NCBI GenBank assembly: GCA_015058985.1
Contig: SVBH01000004.1
Span: 2,383 to 66,382 of the forward strand
Reading direction: 5' to 3'
Source of the DNA: Erysipelotrichaceae bacterium
Lineage (GTDB): Bacteria > Bacillota_I > Bacilli_A > RFN20 > DUOF01
DNA length: 64,000 nucleotides
This document shows, in pieces, positions 48,165 through 59,149 of the stretch; position 1 is the first letter of the stretch; each line of letters starts with the position of its first letter. A program made the translations under genes and the position numbers. The notes under the pieces are model-generated. The model saw only the letters and a program-made list of their open reading frames with translations, had not been told where the DNA came from and searched no databases.

Positions 48165-49015
48165 CTTTTCACCTCCCTAAGAAGGTTAGAAATCAAAAAA
48201 TCTAAATCATATGTTTCTTTCTTCTCAAAATTAACCCCTTTTTCAGCCAATAAAGACTTAAATCTTATCAAATCAGGTTCTTTCAAAGCAAAAGAAGAAA
48301 GTTTTTCCTTATCATCGAAAAGCTCATTTTTAGAACCTTGATAAACAATTTCACCATTAGACATCACAACCACTTTATTACAATATTCATAAACAACATT
48401 CATATCGTGAGTAATTAAAATAATTGTTTTACCTTTTTCATTTAAAATTTTAAAAATGTCCATGATTTCTTTACTACCAACAGGATCTAAACCTGCCGTA
48501 GGTTCATCAAGAATAATAACATCAGGATTCATTGCTAAAATACCAGCAATGGCAACCCTTCTTTTTTGACCACCAGACAAGTCAAAAGGAGATTTATCAA
48601 ATAAAGATTCATCAATACCAACTGTTTGTAAAGCTTCCTTAGCAAACCTTAAAGAATCATCCTCACTAAATTTGAAATTCTTAGGGCCAAACATAACATC
48701 CTTTAAAACAGTTTCTTCAAATAATTGATACTCAGGAAATTGAAACACTAAACCACAAGTTTTTCTAATTTTCTTAAAATCAACACTCTTCTTATTATTT
48801 ATGATTTCCAAACCATTTACCTTAACTTTACCTTTTGTAGGTAATAAAAGAGCATTTATATGTTGAACTAATGTACTCTTTCCAGAACCAGTATGTCCAA
48901 CCACACCATAAAATTTACCATCTTCGAAAGTTACATTTACATCCTTTAAAGCTAAATGTTCAAAAGGGGTCTTAGGAAAATAGATGAAATCTACTTGTTC
49001 GAATGTAATTGCCAT
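48161..49015 (-). CDS. ecfA2: ECF transporter ATPase A2
   Basis: 'GHTGSGKST', 'VFQFPEYQLFEETV', 'LSGGQKRRVAIAG'. Confidence 0.95.
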   Translation of the reverse strand: MAITFEQVDFIYFPKTPFEHLALKDVNVTFEDGKFYGVVGHTGSGKSTLVQHINALLLPTKGKVKVNGLEIINNKKSVDFKKIRKTCGLVFQFPEYQLFEETVLKDVMFGPKNFKFSEDDSLRFAKEALQTVGIDESLFDKSPFDLSGGQKRRVAIAGILAMNPDVIILDEPTAGLDPVGSKEIMDIFKILNEKGKTIILITHDMNVVYEYCNKVVVMSNGEIVYQGSKNELFDDKEKLSSFALKEPDLIRFKSLLAEKGVNFEKKETYDLDFLISNLLREVKR

Positions 49016-49821
49016 AATTTACTAATCAACTCACTTTCATCTTTAAAATTCCCTATATCTATACCTTTCTCTTTTAATTTATCATTAACTTCATATATAA
49101 AAGGTTTTTTTAAATTAATACTATTTAAATCAAGATTAATAAATCCATTTAAATCACCATTATAAAAAACTTCACCTTTATTCATAACAATAATGTTATC
49201 TGCAGTCAGTACCTCATCAACATTATGAGTAATAGAAATAATAGTTAAATCAGGATTTTCTCTTTTAATCTTATCAACTAAATCATTTATCTCTTTCTTT
49301 CCAGCAGGATCTAACATTGTAGTTGCTTCATCTAAAATAACTACCTTACTATCTAAAGCTAAAATAGAAGCAACTGCCACTCTTTGCTTTTGTCCCCCAC
49401 TTAAATTAGCAGGTTCCTTATCTAAAAATTCAATCATACCTACTTCCTTAGCAAACTTATTTATAATACTATCCATTTCCTTTTGAGGAACACATTTATT
49501 TTCTAAACCAAAAGCAATATCATCTCTTACAGTAGCACCAACAAACTGATTATCAGGATTTTGAAAAACAATACCTATATCTTGTCTTAAACTATCAATA
49601 TTTTTATTATTAGCCTCATTTCCAAAAAGAAATAACTTTCCATGACTAAAATTTAGCAAACCACAAATCAGCTTAGCAATCGTTGATTTACCAGAACCAT
49701 TATGACCTACAATAACGGTCTTAGATTTTTCTTTTATATCAATGCTTACATTTTTTAAAGCAAGGTTTTTATTATCATAAGAATAAGAAATATTTTCAAG
49801 TCTAATAATAGAATCTTTCAC
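48991..49821 (-). CDS. ecfA1: ECF transporter ATPase A1
   Basis: 'GHNGSGKST', 'VFQNPDNQFVGATV'; GTG start. Confidence 0.95.
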   Translation of the reverse strand: MKDSIIRLENISYSYDNKNLALKNVSIDIKEKSKTVIVGHNGSGKSTIAKLICGLLNFSHGKLFLFGNEANNKNIDSLRQDIGIVFQNPDNQFVGATVRDDIAFGLENKCVPQKEMDSIINKFAKEVGMIEFLDKEPANLSGGQKQRVAVASILALDSKVVILDEATTMLDPAGKKEINDLVDKIKRENPDLTIISITHNVDEVLTADNIIVMNKGEVFYNGDLNGFINLDLNSINLKKPFIYEVNDKLKEKGIDIGNFKDESELISKLWQLHSNK

Positions 49822-49968
49822 TTAGTTCATTCCTTCAAATAAAGCTGCAAAAGCAACCAACACTAAAACTGTAACAACAACAATAGCACTTATTCTTTGA
49901 AACAAAACTCTTCTCTTTTCTTTTTTTAATTCAATTTCTTTTTTTGTTAATACTTTTTTCTCAGCCAT
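49822..49968 (-). CDS. Small single-TM protein (48 aa; not in the ORF track)
   Basis: Translates MAEKKVLTKKEIELKKEKRRVLFQRISAIVVVTVLVLVAFAALFEGMN; AAGGAG RBS; stop abuts the ecfA1 start. Confidence 0.7.
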   Translation of the reverse strand: MAEKKVLTKKEIELKKEKRRVLFQRISAIVVVTVLVLVAFAALFEGMN

Positions 49969-50050
49969 AAACAAACACTCCTTATATCATACAAATAATA
50001 ACATAAAAGAATGAAAAGAAAAAGAAAAAGTAGGTATAACATACCTACTA

Positions 50051-51046
50051 TTATTTACTAATTGTTTGACTTGGATCTTGAACTTCAGGTTCAACAGTAA
50101 GAACAGGATCTTTATAAGAACCATTACCAGTAATCATATTCAATAAATTTGGTTCTGCAATTAATTCTTTTTCTTCATCAGTTAATAGATTTAATCCTTC
50201 AAACATTTCAGGAGTATAATCAGCCATATAACCATTGATTATTTCATATTGAGATTTCTTTTCTCTAGCATTTGCATATGGTTCATATTTTAATTCAACT
50301 ACACAAGTTTGACCTTGATTATCAACAAATCCAAATGAACCCATCATACATTTACCATTTTCAGTTATATATTCACGAGCAACACCATCAAGTCTAGAAC
50401 CATCATCTAATTTAACAAGTTTAGCACTTTCCCAATCAAGTTTATCTTCATAACCTTCTAAACTAGAACAATAACCTACTAAAGCTTCTTCATAATCTTG
50501 ATCAACACCATAAGTACAAATTATTTTCATGTCTTCTTCTTTTGCTTCAGCAATTGCAGCTCTTACAGTTTCTTGACTAGCAACTTGATCTTTACTTAAT
50601 TCAATTCCCATAATTACTCTTGTGATATCAAATTCTGCATCTTCCAATGAAGGATCAACATTTACATATTGTTCATAATCTCCAATTAGACAAGCCATAT
50701 ATTTACTATTTCCTTCAGAGTCTTGACTAACACTTATTACATAAGGTAAAGTTTCTCCTGCTTGTAATTTAAATTCAACATTAGAAATTCCAGTTTGATT
50801 TTGAACATCATCAATAATGACATCTTCAACTTTATCTTCAAAAGGTTTTTCTACTTGAGGTTGAGGTTTCTTCAAAGAATAAGTTAAAACTACACCAGCT
50901 ACTACAAGTACGACTACTACAGAAATAACTGCAGCCATAGCTTTTCCTTTTCTTTTTTGAGGTTTTGTCTCAACTACTTCTTCCTCATTAGTTTCAAAAT
51001 CGTTTTCAATGATTTCTTCTTCTTTCTTTTCAAATTCTTCAGCCAT
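50051..51046 (-). CDS. Acidic single-pass membrane protein of unknown function
   Basis: Acidic N-terminus, 'KRKGK' plus TM segment, acidic C-terminal domain; own terminator. Confidence 0.75.
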   Translation of the reverse strand: MAEEFEKKEEEIIENDFETNEEEVVETKPQKRKGKAMAAVISVVVVLVVAGVVLTYSLKKPQPQVEKPFEDKVEDVIIDDVQNQTGISNVEFKLQAGETLPYVISVSQDSEGNSKYMACLIGDYEQYVNVDPSLEDAEFDITRVIMGIELSKDQVASQETVRAAIAEAKEEDMKIICTYGVDQDYEEALVGYCSSLEGYEDKLDWESAKLVKLDDGSRLDGVAREYITENGKCMMGSFGFVDNQGQTCVVELKYEPYANAREKKSQYEIINGYMADYTPEMFEGLNLLTDEEKELIAEPNLLNMITGNGSYKDPVLTVEPEVQDPSQTISK

Positions 51047-51179
51047 AAATATCCCTCGCTTTTCTTATTCACGCAAATAAATGATAACATAATAAAGAAC
51101 TCCTGAAAGTATTTTTACTAACGATTGTGAATAACTCAATAAAAACAAAAAAAGTGCCAGTAATCTGACACTTAATTTA

Positions 51180-51572
51180 TTAAACTAATTCAACTAAAGC
51201 CATTGGTGAATTATCTCCACGTCTATTATCTAATTTGATAACACGAGTATATCCACCTTGACGGTCTTGATATTTTCCAGCAATTTCACTGAATAATTTT
51301 TGTAAAGCTGTTTGTGTTTCTTCTTTATCAGCATAAACATCTCTAACAACTTTAGCTGCTTGTCTTCTAGCAGCTAAATCACCTTTTTTAGCTAAAGTAA
51401 TCATTTTTTCTGCTAAAGGTTGTAATTCAGTTGCAGTTTTTTCTGTTACTTCAACTTTTCCATGAATGAATAATTCAGTAACAACATTACGCAACATAGA
51501 TTTATTTTTAGATGTTGTATAACCAGCTTTGAATCTAACACCAGTTTTTCCACGAACATTTTTTCTTGGCAT
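51180..51572 (-). CDS. rplQ: 50S ribosomal protein L17 (atypical N-terminus)
   Basis: 'EKMITLAKKGDLAARRQA', 'RQGGYTRVIK', 'RRGDNSPMA'; follows rpoA. Confidence 0.97.
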   Translation of the reverse strand: MPRKNVRGKTGVRFKAGYTTSKNKSMLRNVVTELFIHGKVEVTEKTATELQPLAEKMITLAKKGDLAARRQAAKVVRDVYADKEETQTALQKLFSEIAGKYQDRQGGYTRVIKLDNRRGDNSPMALVELV

Positions 51573-51591
51573 GATTAATTCTCCTTTTTAA

Positions 51592-52542
51592 TTAATTATT
51601 TTCTTTAAAAGATAGATTATAACTAGCTAATTTATCTTTTACTTCTTTTAATGACTTCTTACCTAAGTTACGTACTTTCATCATATCTTCTTCACTCTTT
51701 TGAGTTAATTCCATAACTGTAGATATTCCTGCTCTTTTTAAGCAATTATAAGAACGTACAGATAAATCTAAATCTTCAATAGTCATATCTTGGTTCTTAG
51801 TCTCGTTTTCAACGATAGTTTCACCGATGATATCTACGAATTTGTCTAAATTAGTTAATTCAGTAAATAAAGCGAAATGTTCAATTAGGATTTTAGAAGC
51901 TAATGCAATAGCCATTTGAGGTTCCATTGAACCATCAGTCCAAATATCCATAATTAATTTATCATAGTTAGCATTTCTTCCAACTCTAGCTGCTTCAACT
52001 TCATAAGCAACTTTTTTAATTGGAGAATAGTTTGCGTCAGTAGGAATTATACCAAAATGAGTTCTAGCATCTTTGTTTTGTTCTGCAGTGAAGAATCCTC
52101 TACCATTTCTTGCATATATTTTCATCTTTAAACTAGCACCAGCCGCTAAAGTACAAATATAAGCCTCTTTAGATAAAACTTCTACACCAGTTGGACAAAC
52201 AATATCTTCACCAGTTACTACTTTTGGACCTTTAACATCAATTGTTAATTCTTTCTTACTTTCATCATCTTCATCTATTGCTAGATTAAGTTCTTTAAGA
52301 TTTAAAATAATACTTACTACATCTTCTTTAACTCCTGGAACTGTTGAAAACTCATGTTGAACTCCATCGATTTCAATTGCAAATACGCTCGCTCCAGGTA
52401 AAGCAGATAATAAAACTCTACGTAGTGCATTACCTATTGTTATACCATATCCTTTTTCTAATGGTTCAACGATGAAACGCATATAGTTATCAGTTTCACC
52501 ATTTCTCTCAATCTTAAAATTTGGTTTTTCAAACTTTCTCAT
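51592..52542 (-). CDS. rpoA: RNA polymerase alpha subunit
   Basis: 'EPLEKGYGITIGNALRRVLLS', 'LDLSVRSYNCLKRAG'. Confidence 0.99.
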   Translation of the reverse strand: MRKFEKPNFKIERNGETDNYMRFIVEPLEKGYGITIGNALRRVLLSALPGASVFAIEIDGVQHEFSTVPGVKEDVVSIILNLKELNLAIDEDDESKKELTIDVKGPKVVTGEDIVCPTGVEVLSKEAYICTLAAGASLKMKIYARNGRGFFTAEQNKDARTHFGIIPTDANYSPIKKVAYEVEAARVGRNANYDKLIMDIWTDGSMEPQMAIALASKILIEHFALFTELTNLDKFVDIIGETIVENETKNQDMTIEDLDLSVRSYNCLKRAGISTVMELTQKSEEDMMKVRNLGKKSLKEVKDKLASYNLSFKENN

Positions 52543-52584
52543 TGTTTTCCTCCTATAAGTAATATTTGTAAACGTTAGTTATTA

Positions 52585-52977
52585 TTATCCACGAGGTCTC
52601 TTTGGTGGACGACATCCATTATGTGGAATTGGAGTGACGTCTTTAATACTTAAAATTTCAAGTCCTGCTACTTGTAAAGCTCTGATTGCAGATTCTCTAC
52701 CTGGTCCAGGTCCTTTAACTTCAACATCAACTTTTACTACTCCATAGTCTTTTGCTTTGTTTGCTGCAGCTTCAGCAGCTGTTTGTGCAGCAAATGGAGT
52801 TGATTTCTTAGAACCTTTAATTCCTAAAGATCCTGCACTAGCCCAAGTTAGTGTGCATCCATTCATATCAGTAATAGTTACGATTGTGTTATTGAATGTA
52901 GATTGGATATGAGCGACACCATTTTGAACTTTTTTAGTAATTTTCTTTTTTCTTTGTGTATTACTTTGTTTAGCCAT
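52585..52977 (-). CDS. rpsK: 30S ribosomal protein S11
   Basis: 'STFNNTIVT', 'KSTPFAAQ', 'PHNGCRPPK'. Confidence 0.99.
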   Translation of the reverse strand: MAKQSNTQRKKKITKKVQNGVAHIQSTFNNTIVTITDMNGCTLTWASAGSLGIKGSKKSTPFAAQTAAEAAANKAKDYGVVKVDVEVKGPGPGRESAIRALQVAGLEILSIKDVTPIPHNGCRPPKRPRG

Positions 52978-52995
52978 TGTCTCTATCCTCCCTTA

Positions 52996-53370
52996 TTATT
53001 TAGAAGCAACTTTCTTGTTTGCTATAGTCTTCTTAGGTCCTTTTCTAGTTCTAGCATTAGTTTGAGTTCTTTGTCCTCTAACTGGTAGACCTCTTCTATG
53101 TCTAATTCCTCTATAACATCCGATTTCAATTAATCTTTTGATGTCTAAAGCAGTATCTCTTCTTAAGTCACCTTCAACTTTGTATTTAGAAGCTTCTGCT
53201 CTTAATTTTGATAATTCTTCTTCTTTTAAATCTTTAACTCTTACATCTGGACTAATTCCAGCATTTTTACAGATGTCCGCAGCTCTAGATGGTCCAATAC
53301 CATAAATATATGTTAATGAAACAACTACTCTTTTATCATTTGGGACATCAACACCTAATATACGTGCCAT
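52996..53370 (-). CDS. rpsM: 30S ribosomal protein S13
   Basis: 'MARILGVD', '[17 protein letters not shown]'. Confidence 0.99.
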   Translation of the reverse strand: MARILGVDVPNDKRVVVSLTYIYGIGPSRAADICKNAGISPDVRVKDLKEEELSKLRAEASKYKVEGDLRRDTALDIKRLIEIGCYRGIRHRRGLPVRGQRTQTNARTRKGPKKTIANKKVASK

Positions 53371-53392
53371 TTATTTCTTTTCCTCCTTAAAA

Positions 53393-53518
<126 letters not shown>

Positions 53519-53532
53519 CTAAAATCTTTCTT

Positions 53533-53754
53533 TTAATTTTTGTATCTAAATGTGATACGCCCACGTGTTAAGTCATATGGTGATATGTCTACAGTAACAC
53601 GATCCCCCGGTAAAATGCGAATGTAATGCATACGGATTTTACCAGAAACGTGAGCAAGTATTACTGCCCCATTCTCAAGTCTAACCTTGAATTGGGAATT
53701 AGGTAGTGCTTCCACAACTACAGCCTCAACCTCAATATAATCTTCTTTTGCCAT
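53533..53754 (-). CDS. infA: Translation initiation factor IF-1
   Basis: '[18 protein letters not shown]'. Confidence 0.99.
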   Translation of the reverse strand: MAKEDYIEVEAVVVEALPNSQFKVRLENGAVILAHVSGKIRMHYIRILPGDRVTVDISPYDLTRGRITFRYKN

Positions 53755-53772
53755 CAAATGCCCTCCTTCTTA

Positions 53773-54522
53773 TTATAACGTTGTTAATATAATATATCCT
53801 TTATCTGTAATAGCAATTGTATGTTCAAAATGAGCAGACAACTTACCATCAACAGTAACAACTGTCCAATCGTTATCAAGAGTTCTTAACTCTTCTCTTC
53901 CTTGGTTTACCATAGGCTCGACTGCGATAACTAGTCCAGGTTTTAACAGCATTCCTTTACCGGCGTTGCCATAATTAGGAACCACAGGATCTTCATGAAC
54001 TTCTCTCCCTACTCCATGACCAGTATAATCTTTAGTCATTGTATATCCGTTTTCTAAAACATGATTAGATATAGCAAAACCAATATCACCTAGTCTTTTT
54101 CCAGGAAGGGCTTGTTCTAACCCTTTATATAACGCTTCTTCATTTATACGTAACAATCTTTTAGCTTCTTCACTAATCTCTCCAACAGGATAAGTCCAAG
54201 CAGAATCTCCATGATAGCCCTTGTAACATGCCCCTATATCAATTGTTACTATATCTCCTTCTTTTAAAATCTTTGTTTTAGATGGTATTCCGTGTAATAT
54301 TTCTTCATTAACAGAAATACATACAGAACCAGGAAATCCATACAAACCTTTAAATGAAGGTTTTGCATTATATTTACGTATTGTTTTTTCAGCAATTAAA
54401 TCCAACTCAAGAGTAGAAATACCAGGTTTAATATGTTTCTTTAATTCTTCATGAGTTAAAGCAACAATTCTTCCTGCTTCTCTTAATAATTTTATTTCCT
54501 TATCAGTTCTTAAAATTACCAT
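53773..54522 (-). CDS. map: Methionine aminopeptidase
   Basis: '[13 protein letters not shown]', 'GHGVG..VHEDP', 'SAHFEHT'. Confidence 0.98.
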   Translation of the reverse strand: MVILRTDKEIKLLREAGRIVALTHEELKKHIKPGISTLELDLIAEKTIRKYNAKPSFKGLYGFPGSVCISVNEEILHGIPSKTKILKEGDIVTIDIGACYKGYHGDSAWTYPVGEISEEAKRLLRINEEALYKGLEQALPGKRLGDIGFAISNHVLENGYTMTKDYTGHGVGREVHEDPVVPNYGNAGKGMLLKPGLVIAVEPMVNQGREELRTLDNDWTVVTVDGKLSAHFEHTIAITDKGYIILTTL

Positions 54523-54523
54523 T

Positions 54524-55171
54524 TTACTCTCCTTTTAGAGCATCTTTAATGCTTTGGAAGACATTTTGAGTACTATCTTCCCCATTTATATTCACAAGAA
54601 TATTTTGTGCTTTGTAATAATTTACTGCTTCAGTTGTTTGATCCAAGTAAGTTTGATAACGAACCTTTATGCTTTCTTCATTATCATCTTTTCTTTGATA
54701 TAATTTAGCACCACATTCTTCGCAAATATCACCTTTAGCAGAAGGCATAGTATAAATGTTATATACCTTTGCACAATTTTCACAAGTACGACGACCTGTG
54801 ATTCTTTTACAAATAAGATCAAAACTTACATCAAGTAAGATAACCTTATCAATTTTTTTCCCTAAATCATTTAATGTTCTATTTAATTCAATAGCTTGAT
54901 TTAATGTTCTAGGAAAGCCATCTAGGATAAAGCCATTTTTACAATCAGCTTTACCTAGACGATCTATTACTAGTTTAATAGTTAACTTATCAGGCACTAA
55001 TAATCCATTATCAATATAACTTTTAATTTCCACTGCAAGAGGATCATTCTTAGAAGCAATAGCCCTAAATAAATCACCAGTTGAGATATGAGGAATCTCA
55101 AACTCCTCTTTCATTAAAGAAGCATATGTCCCCTTACCTGCTGCAGGTGGACCCATAAAAATTATATTCAC
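54524..55171 (-). CDS. adk: Adenylate kinase (Zn lid)
   Basis: 'GPPAAGKGT', 'HISTGD', 'LDGFPRT', two CxxC motifs. Confidence 0.98.
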   Translation of the reverse strand: MNIIFMGPPAAGKGTYASLMKEEFEIPHISTGDLFRAIASKNDPLAVEIKSYIDNGLLVPDKLTIKLVIDRLGKADCKNGFILDGFPRTLNQAIELNRTLNDLGKKIDKVILLDVSFDLICKRITGRRTCENCAKVYNIYTMPSAKGDICEECGAKLYQRKDDNEESIKVRYQTYLDQTTEAVNYYKAQNILVNINGEDSTQNVFQSIKDALKGE

Positions 55172-55187
55172 AACGCATCCCTACCTT

Positions 55188-56477
55188 TTAATAAGAAAAA
55201 CCTTTATATTGTTTTGTATTTAATTTACTTTCAATTTGAGTATTAACTTCATTTACAACACCAACTACGATGATAAGTCCTGTTCCACCAAAAGCGATAG
55301 CAGCATCTAAATCAGTAAAGATAATTGGTAATAAAGAAGGTAATAATGCAATAATTAAAAGTCCAAACATTCCCAAGAAAGTAACTCTGCTTAATACTCT
55401 ACTTATATGAGCAGATGTATCTTTTCCAGGTCTAATTCCAGGAATATATGCATTACTCTTTTGTAAATCTTCTGAAGTTTCTTGAGGTCTAACTTGCGCA
55501 TTAGATTGATAATATGCAAATAGAACAATTAAAACTGCATAAATAATAGTTCCCCAATAAACACCTTTATACTTCACACCTAAAGAGCAAATCTCTGTAA
55601 TTGCCTCATTATCACCAAAGAATCCAGTAATAAGAATTACAGCCATCATAAGTGAATTTGCATAAATTACAGGCAATACTCCAGATGAATTAATCTTAAT
55701 AGGTAAGAATGAAATATCCTTTTTCATGTTTATTTGAGTTGTATTTGTTGAATATTGTAAAGGAATCTTTCTGATAGATTTTTCCATAAAAACAACAAAT
55801 GCGATAATCGCTAAATAAGCAATTATGTAAATTGAGAATTTTAATAATCCACTAAATACTGCATCATTAACCATACCATTTGGTAGGAAAGTATTGAAAG
55901 CATCTATAATTTGTTTAGGCATTGTGGAAACAATACCAGCAAAAATGATAACTGATATACCATTTCCAATACCCTTAACAGAAATTTGATCACCCAACCA
56001 AACAACAAAGCAACTTCCTGCTGTAATAATAGAAACTACATATACTATATCAGCAAAGCTTAGTGTTTCGTGAAGCCCTAAGGTTCTTAACATTCCATAT
56101 CCTTGGATAACACAGAACATTAATGATAGATATTTATTAATAGATTCAATTTTCTTTCTACCCTGCTCTCCTTCTTTTTTTAATTCAGCTAAGGCAGGGA
56201 GCATATTATCACTAGACAAAATATCAGTAATAATAGATGCCGTAATGTAAGGAGATACTCCTAACGCAAAAATTGAAAATTGAGATAAAGATCCACCACT
56301 CAATATATCCATAAGTTGTGCAAAACTTCCTGCACTTTCAAGGAAGTTAGCACCTAATGTTACTCTAGGAACTGTGATAGTAGTTCCTAATTTATAAATA
56401 AATAAAACTCCAAGGGTAAATAAAATTCTCTGTCTAATATCTTTATTTTTAAATGCTTCGATGACCTTTTTAAACAC
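55188..56477 (-). CDS. secY: Preprotein translocase SecY
   Basis: 'SIFALGVSPYITASI', 'GIGNGIS', 'IPGIRPG'. Confidence 0.98.
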   Translation of the reverse strand: MFKKVIEAFKNKDIRQRILFTLGVLFIYKLGTTITVPRVTLGANFLESAGSFAQLMDILSGGSLSQFSIFALGVSPYITASIITDILSSDNMLPALAELKKEGEQGRKKIESINKYLSLMFCVIQGYGMLRTLGLHETLSFADIVYVVSIITAGSCFVVWLGDQISVKGIGNGISVIIFAGIVSTMPKQIIDAFNTFLPNGMVNDAVFSGLLKFSIYIIAYLAIIAFVVFMEKSIRKIPLQYSTNTTQINMKKDISFLPIKINSSGVLPVIYANSLMMAVILITGFFGDNEAITEICSLGVKYKGVYWGTIIYAVLIVLFAYYQSNAQVRPQETSEDLQKSNAYIPGIRPGKDTSAHISRVLSRVTFLGMFGLLIIALLPSLLPIIFTDLDAAIAFGGTGLIIVVGVVNEVNTQIESKLNTKQYKGFSY

Positions 56478-56918
56478 CTAGATCACCTCTACTTTTCCAC
56501 CAGCAGCTTCGATTGCAGCTTGAGCAGTTTTTGAAAATTTATTTGCAGAAACAGTTAAAACTTTGCTAACTGATCCATTTCCTAAAATCTTAATTCCATC
56601 GTATTCATTCTTAACTAAACCAGCTTCTTTTAATAAAGTTGGTGTTACGTTTGTATTATTTTCAAATCTGTTAAGTTCTTCAACGTTAACGATTGCATAA
56701 TTTATACGATTGATGTTAGTGAAACCACGTTTTGAAACTCTACGATATATTGGGTTTTGTCCACCTTCAAATCCTAAACGAACGCCTCCACCAGAACGAG
56801 CATTTTGTCCTTTATGTCCAGCACCAGCTGTTTTACCAAGACCAGAACCCATTCCACGGCCTCTACGAGTTGCTTTTTGACGTGAACCTTCAATTGATTT
56901 TAGTTCATTTAATTTCAT
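56478..56918 (-). CDS. rplO: 50S ribosomal protein L15
   Basis: '[13 protein letters not shown]', 'GFEGGQNP'; start at ATG 56918. Confidence 0.99.
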   Translation of the reverse strand: MKLNELKSIEGSRQKATRRGRGMGSGLGKTAGAGHKGQNARSGGGVRLGFEGGQNPIYRRVSKRGFTNINRINYAIVNVEELNRFENNTNVTPTLLKEAGLVKNEYDGIKILGNGSVSKVLTVSANKFSKTAQAAIEAAGGKVEVI

Positions 56919-56972
56919 ACTTTGCACCTCCATATCCTTGTTATATTTTATATTTTATACCTTATATGTTTA

Positions 56973-57596
56973 TTATGCTAATATTTCTTTAACACTTTTG
57001 CCACGAAGAGCTGCTACTCTTGAAGCTGTTGTAGATCTTTTGATTCCATCGATTGTAGCTCTAACTACATTGACTGAAACTCTTGATCCATATACTTTTG
57101 AATAAATATTTTTGATACCTGCAAGTTCAAGAACAGCTCTCACAGGTCCTCCAGCGATAATTCCAGTACCTTCAGGAGCAGGTTTTAAGAAAATCTTAGC
57201 TGCGCCATATTGTCCCATGATTTCATGAGGTAAGGTATCAGGTTTAACCATAGGTACTCTGTATGTATTTTTCTTAGCATCATCTAATGCTTTTCTAATT
57301 GCATCTGGTACTTCGTTTGCTTTTCCAAGTCCGAATCCAACTGTTCCTTTTCCATCTCCGATAACTACTAAAGCTGAGAATCTCATACGACGTCCACCTT
57401 TAACAGTTTTAGAAATTCTTTTAATAGTAACTACTCTTTCTTGGAATTCTTTTTCTTTTCTTAAAGGTCTAGCAGCTTTTTTATCAAATTTTCTTTTTCC
57501 TTCTGTTCTAGGAGCTTTTCCTTTTTCAGAAGTTGTTTTTTCTACTTTTTCTTCAGTTGCTTCAACAACTGCATTTTCTTTTACTTCTTCAGCCAT
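56973..57596 (-). CDS. rpsE: 30S ribosomal protein S5 (N-terminally extended)
   Basis: '[19 protein letters not shown]', 'GTGIIAGG'. Confidence 0.99.
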   Translation of the reverse strand: MAEEVKENAVVEATEEKVEKTTSEKGKAPRTEGKRKFDKKAARPLRKEKEFQERVVTIKRISKTVKGGRRMRFSALVVIGDGKGTVGFGLGKANEVPDAIRKALDDAKKNTYRVPMVKPDTLPHEIMGQYGAAKIFLKPAPEGTGIIAGGPVRAVLELAGIKNIYSKVYGSRVSVNVVRATIDGIKRSTTASRVAALRGKSVKEILA

Positions 57597-57615
57597 TTAT
57601 TTTCGCGCCTCCCTC

Positions 57616-57972
57616 TTAGAATTTTAGTCCAGCTTCTCTAGCTGCTTCTGCTAATGCTTTAATACGTCCATGATAAATATATCCACCACGGTCGAATACA
57701 ACATTTTCAATTTTCTTAGCTAATGTTGCTTCAGCTACTGCTTTACCAACAACTTTAGCTGCTTCAATGTTAGATCCATTTTCAAGTTTTAATGAAACTG
57801 AACTAGCACTTGCAAGTGTTACTCCATTTACATCATCAATAACTTGTGCATGAATGTGTGCATTAGAACGAAATACGCTTAATCTAGGACAAGTTGGAGT
57901 TCCAGATACTTTTTTACGTAATCTTGTATGACGTTTTAATCTTTCATCATTTTTACTAACTTTATTTATCAT
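57616..57972 (-). CDS. rplR: 50S ribosomal protein L18
   Basis: 'PRLSVFRS', '[12 protein letters not shown]'. Confidence 0.99.
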   Translation of the reverse strand: MINKVSKNDERLKRHTRLRKKVSGTPTCPRLSVFRSNAHIHAQVIDDVNGVTLASASSVSLKLENGSNIEAAKVVGKAVAEATLAKKIENVVFDRGGYIYHGRIKALAEAAREAGLKF

Positions 57973-57988
57973 AATTTACTCCCCTTTC

Positions 57989-58531
57989 CTATTTCTTTCC
58001 TGCTTTTTTACCTTCCTTACGACGGATTCTTTCAGTTGTATAAGCAATACCTTTTCCGCCATATGGTTCAGGTTCTCTAACAGCTCTAATATTAGCTGCT
58101 ACTTGTCCTACTCTTTGTTTATCAATTCCTGAAACAGAAATTTCTGTAGGTGATTTAACTTCTATTTTAACGCCATCTTCTTCAAGTACTTCTACTTGGT
58201 GAGAATATCCAACGTTTAATACTAATTTACTACCAGCCTTTGAAGCACGATATCCGATACCAGTAATAACTAAGTCTTTTTTAAATCCTTTGCTTACTCC
58301 TTCAACCATACCATTTAATAAAGCTCTTGTAGTTCCATGTAATTGTTTAGAAGCTTTTTCATCATTGATTCTTGTAACAACTACATTTCTATCTTCAACA
58401 TTAACTTTAACTCTATTTGAGAATTCTTTACTTAAAGTTCCTAAAGGTCCTTTAACTTCAACATTACATCCATTTACTGTAACTGTAACATTTTCAGGTA
58501 ATACGATAATTTTATTTCCAATACGTGACAT
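57989..58531 (-). CDS. rplF: 50S ribosomal protein L6
   Basis: 'MSRIG', 'PEPYGGKGI'. Confidence 0.99.
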   Translation of the reverse strand: MSRIGNKIIVLPENVTVTVNGCNVEVKGPLGTLSKEFSNRVKVNVEDRNVVVTRINDEKASKQLHGTTRALLNGMVEGVSKGFKKDLVITGIGYRASKAGSKLVLNVGYSHQVEVLEEDGVKIEVKSPTEISVSGIDKQRVGQVAANIRAVREPEPYGGKGIAYTTERIRRKEGKKAGKK

Positions 58532-58537
58532 ATATAA

Positions 58538-58930
58538 TTACCATACATAAGCGACTACTTCGCCGCCTACACCTTTCACTCTAGCTTGTTTGTCAGTTAA
58601 CATACCATTTGATGTAGAAATAATAGCAATTCCTAAACCATTTAATACTTTTGGTAAATCTTTAACTGAAGCATAAACTCTTAAACCAGGTTTTGAAATT
58701 CTCTTTAAACCAGTGATAACTCTTTGAGTTCCTGCATATTTTAGAATTAATGTTAATACTTTCTTTTCAGATTCTTCGATGATGTAATCATTGATAAATC
58801 CTTCCTCTTTCAAAATTCTAGCAATTTCAACTTTTGTTTTTGAATGAGGCATTTTAACTATTTCATTTCTCATTTGATTAGCATTACGGATACGTGTTAG
58901 CATATCTGCAATTGGGTCTGTCATACTCAT
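58538..58930 (-). CDS. rpsH: 30S ribosomal protein S8
   Basis: '[12 protein letters not shown]', 'SKPGLRVY'. Confidence 0.99.
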   Translation of the reverse strand: MSMTDPIADMLTRIRNANQMRNEIVKMPHSKTKVEIARILKEEGFINDYIIEESEKKVLTLILKYAGTQRVITGLKRISKPGLRVYASVKDLPKVLNGLGIAIISTSNGMLTDKQARVKGVGGEVVAYVW

Positions 58931-58949
58931 ATCTTGTTCCTCCTAACCA

Positions 58950-59135
58950 TTACCAACTTGCCTTTTTAAGTCCAGGAATTTGGCCTTTATAAGCTAATTC
59001 TCTTAAACAAATACGGCATAATTTAAATTTTCTAATAACAGAGTGAGGACGTCCACATCTTTCACAACGTGTATATTCTCTAACCCCAAATTTCTTTGGT
59101 TTGTTATATTTTTCTATCAACGCTTTTCTTGCCAT
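58950..59135 (-). CDS. rpsN: 30S ribosomal protein S14 (Zn-binding type Z)
   Basis: 'RCERCGR...LCRICLRE', 61 aa. Confidence 0.99.
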   Translation of the reverse strand: MARKALIEKYNKPKKFGVREYTRCERCGRPHSVIRKFKLCRICLRELAYKGQIPGLKKASW

Positions 59136-59149
59136 GTGTCAATTCCTCC

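Noticed and set aside
52542-52585. Absence of rpsD from the alpha operon
   Set aside because: Normal for Bacilli, where rpsD is located elsewhere
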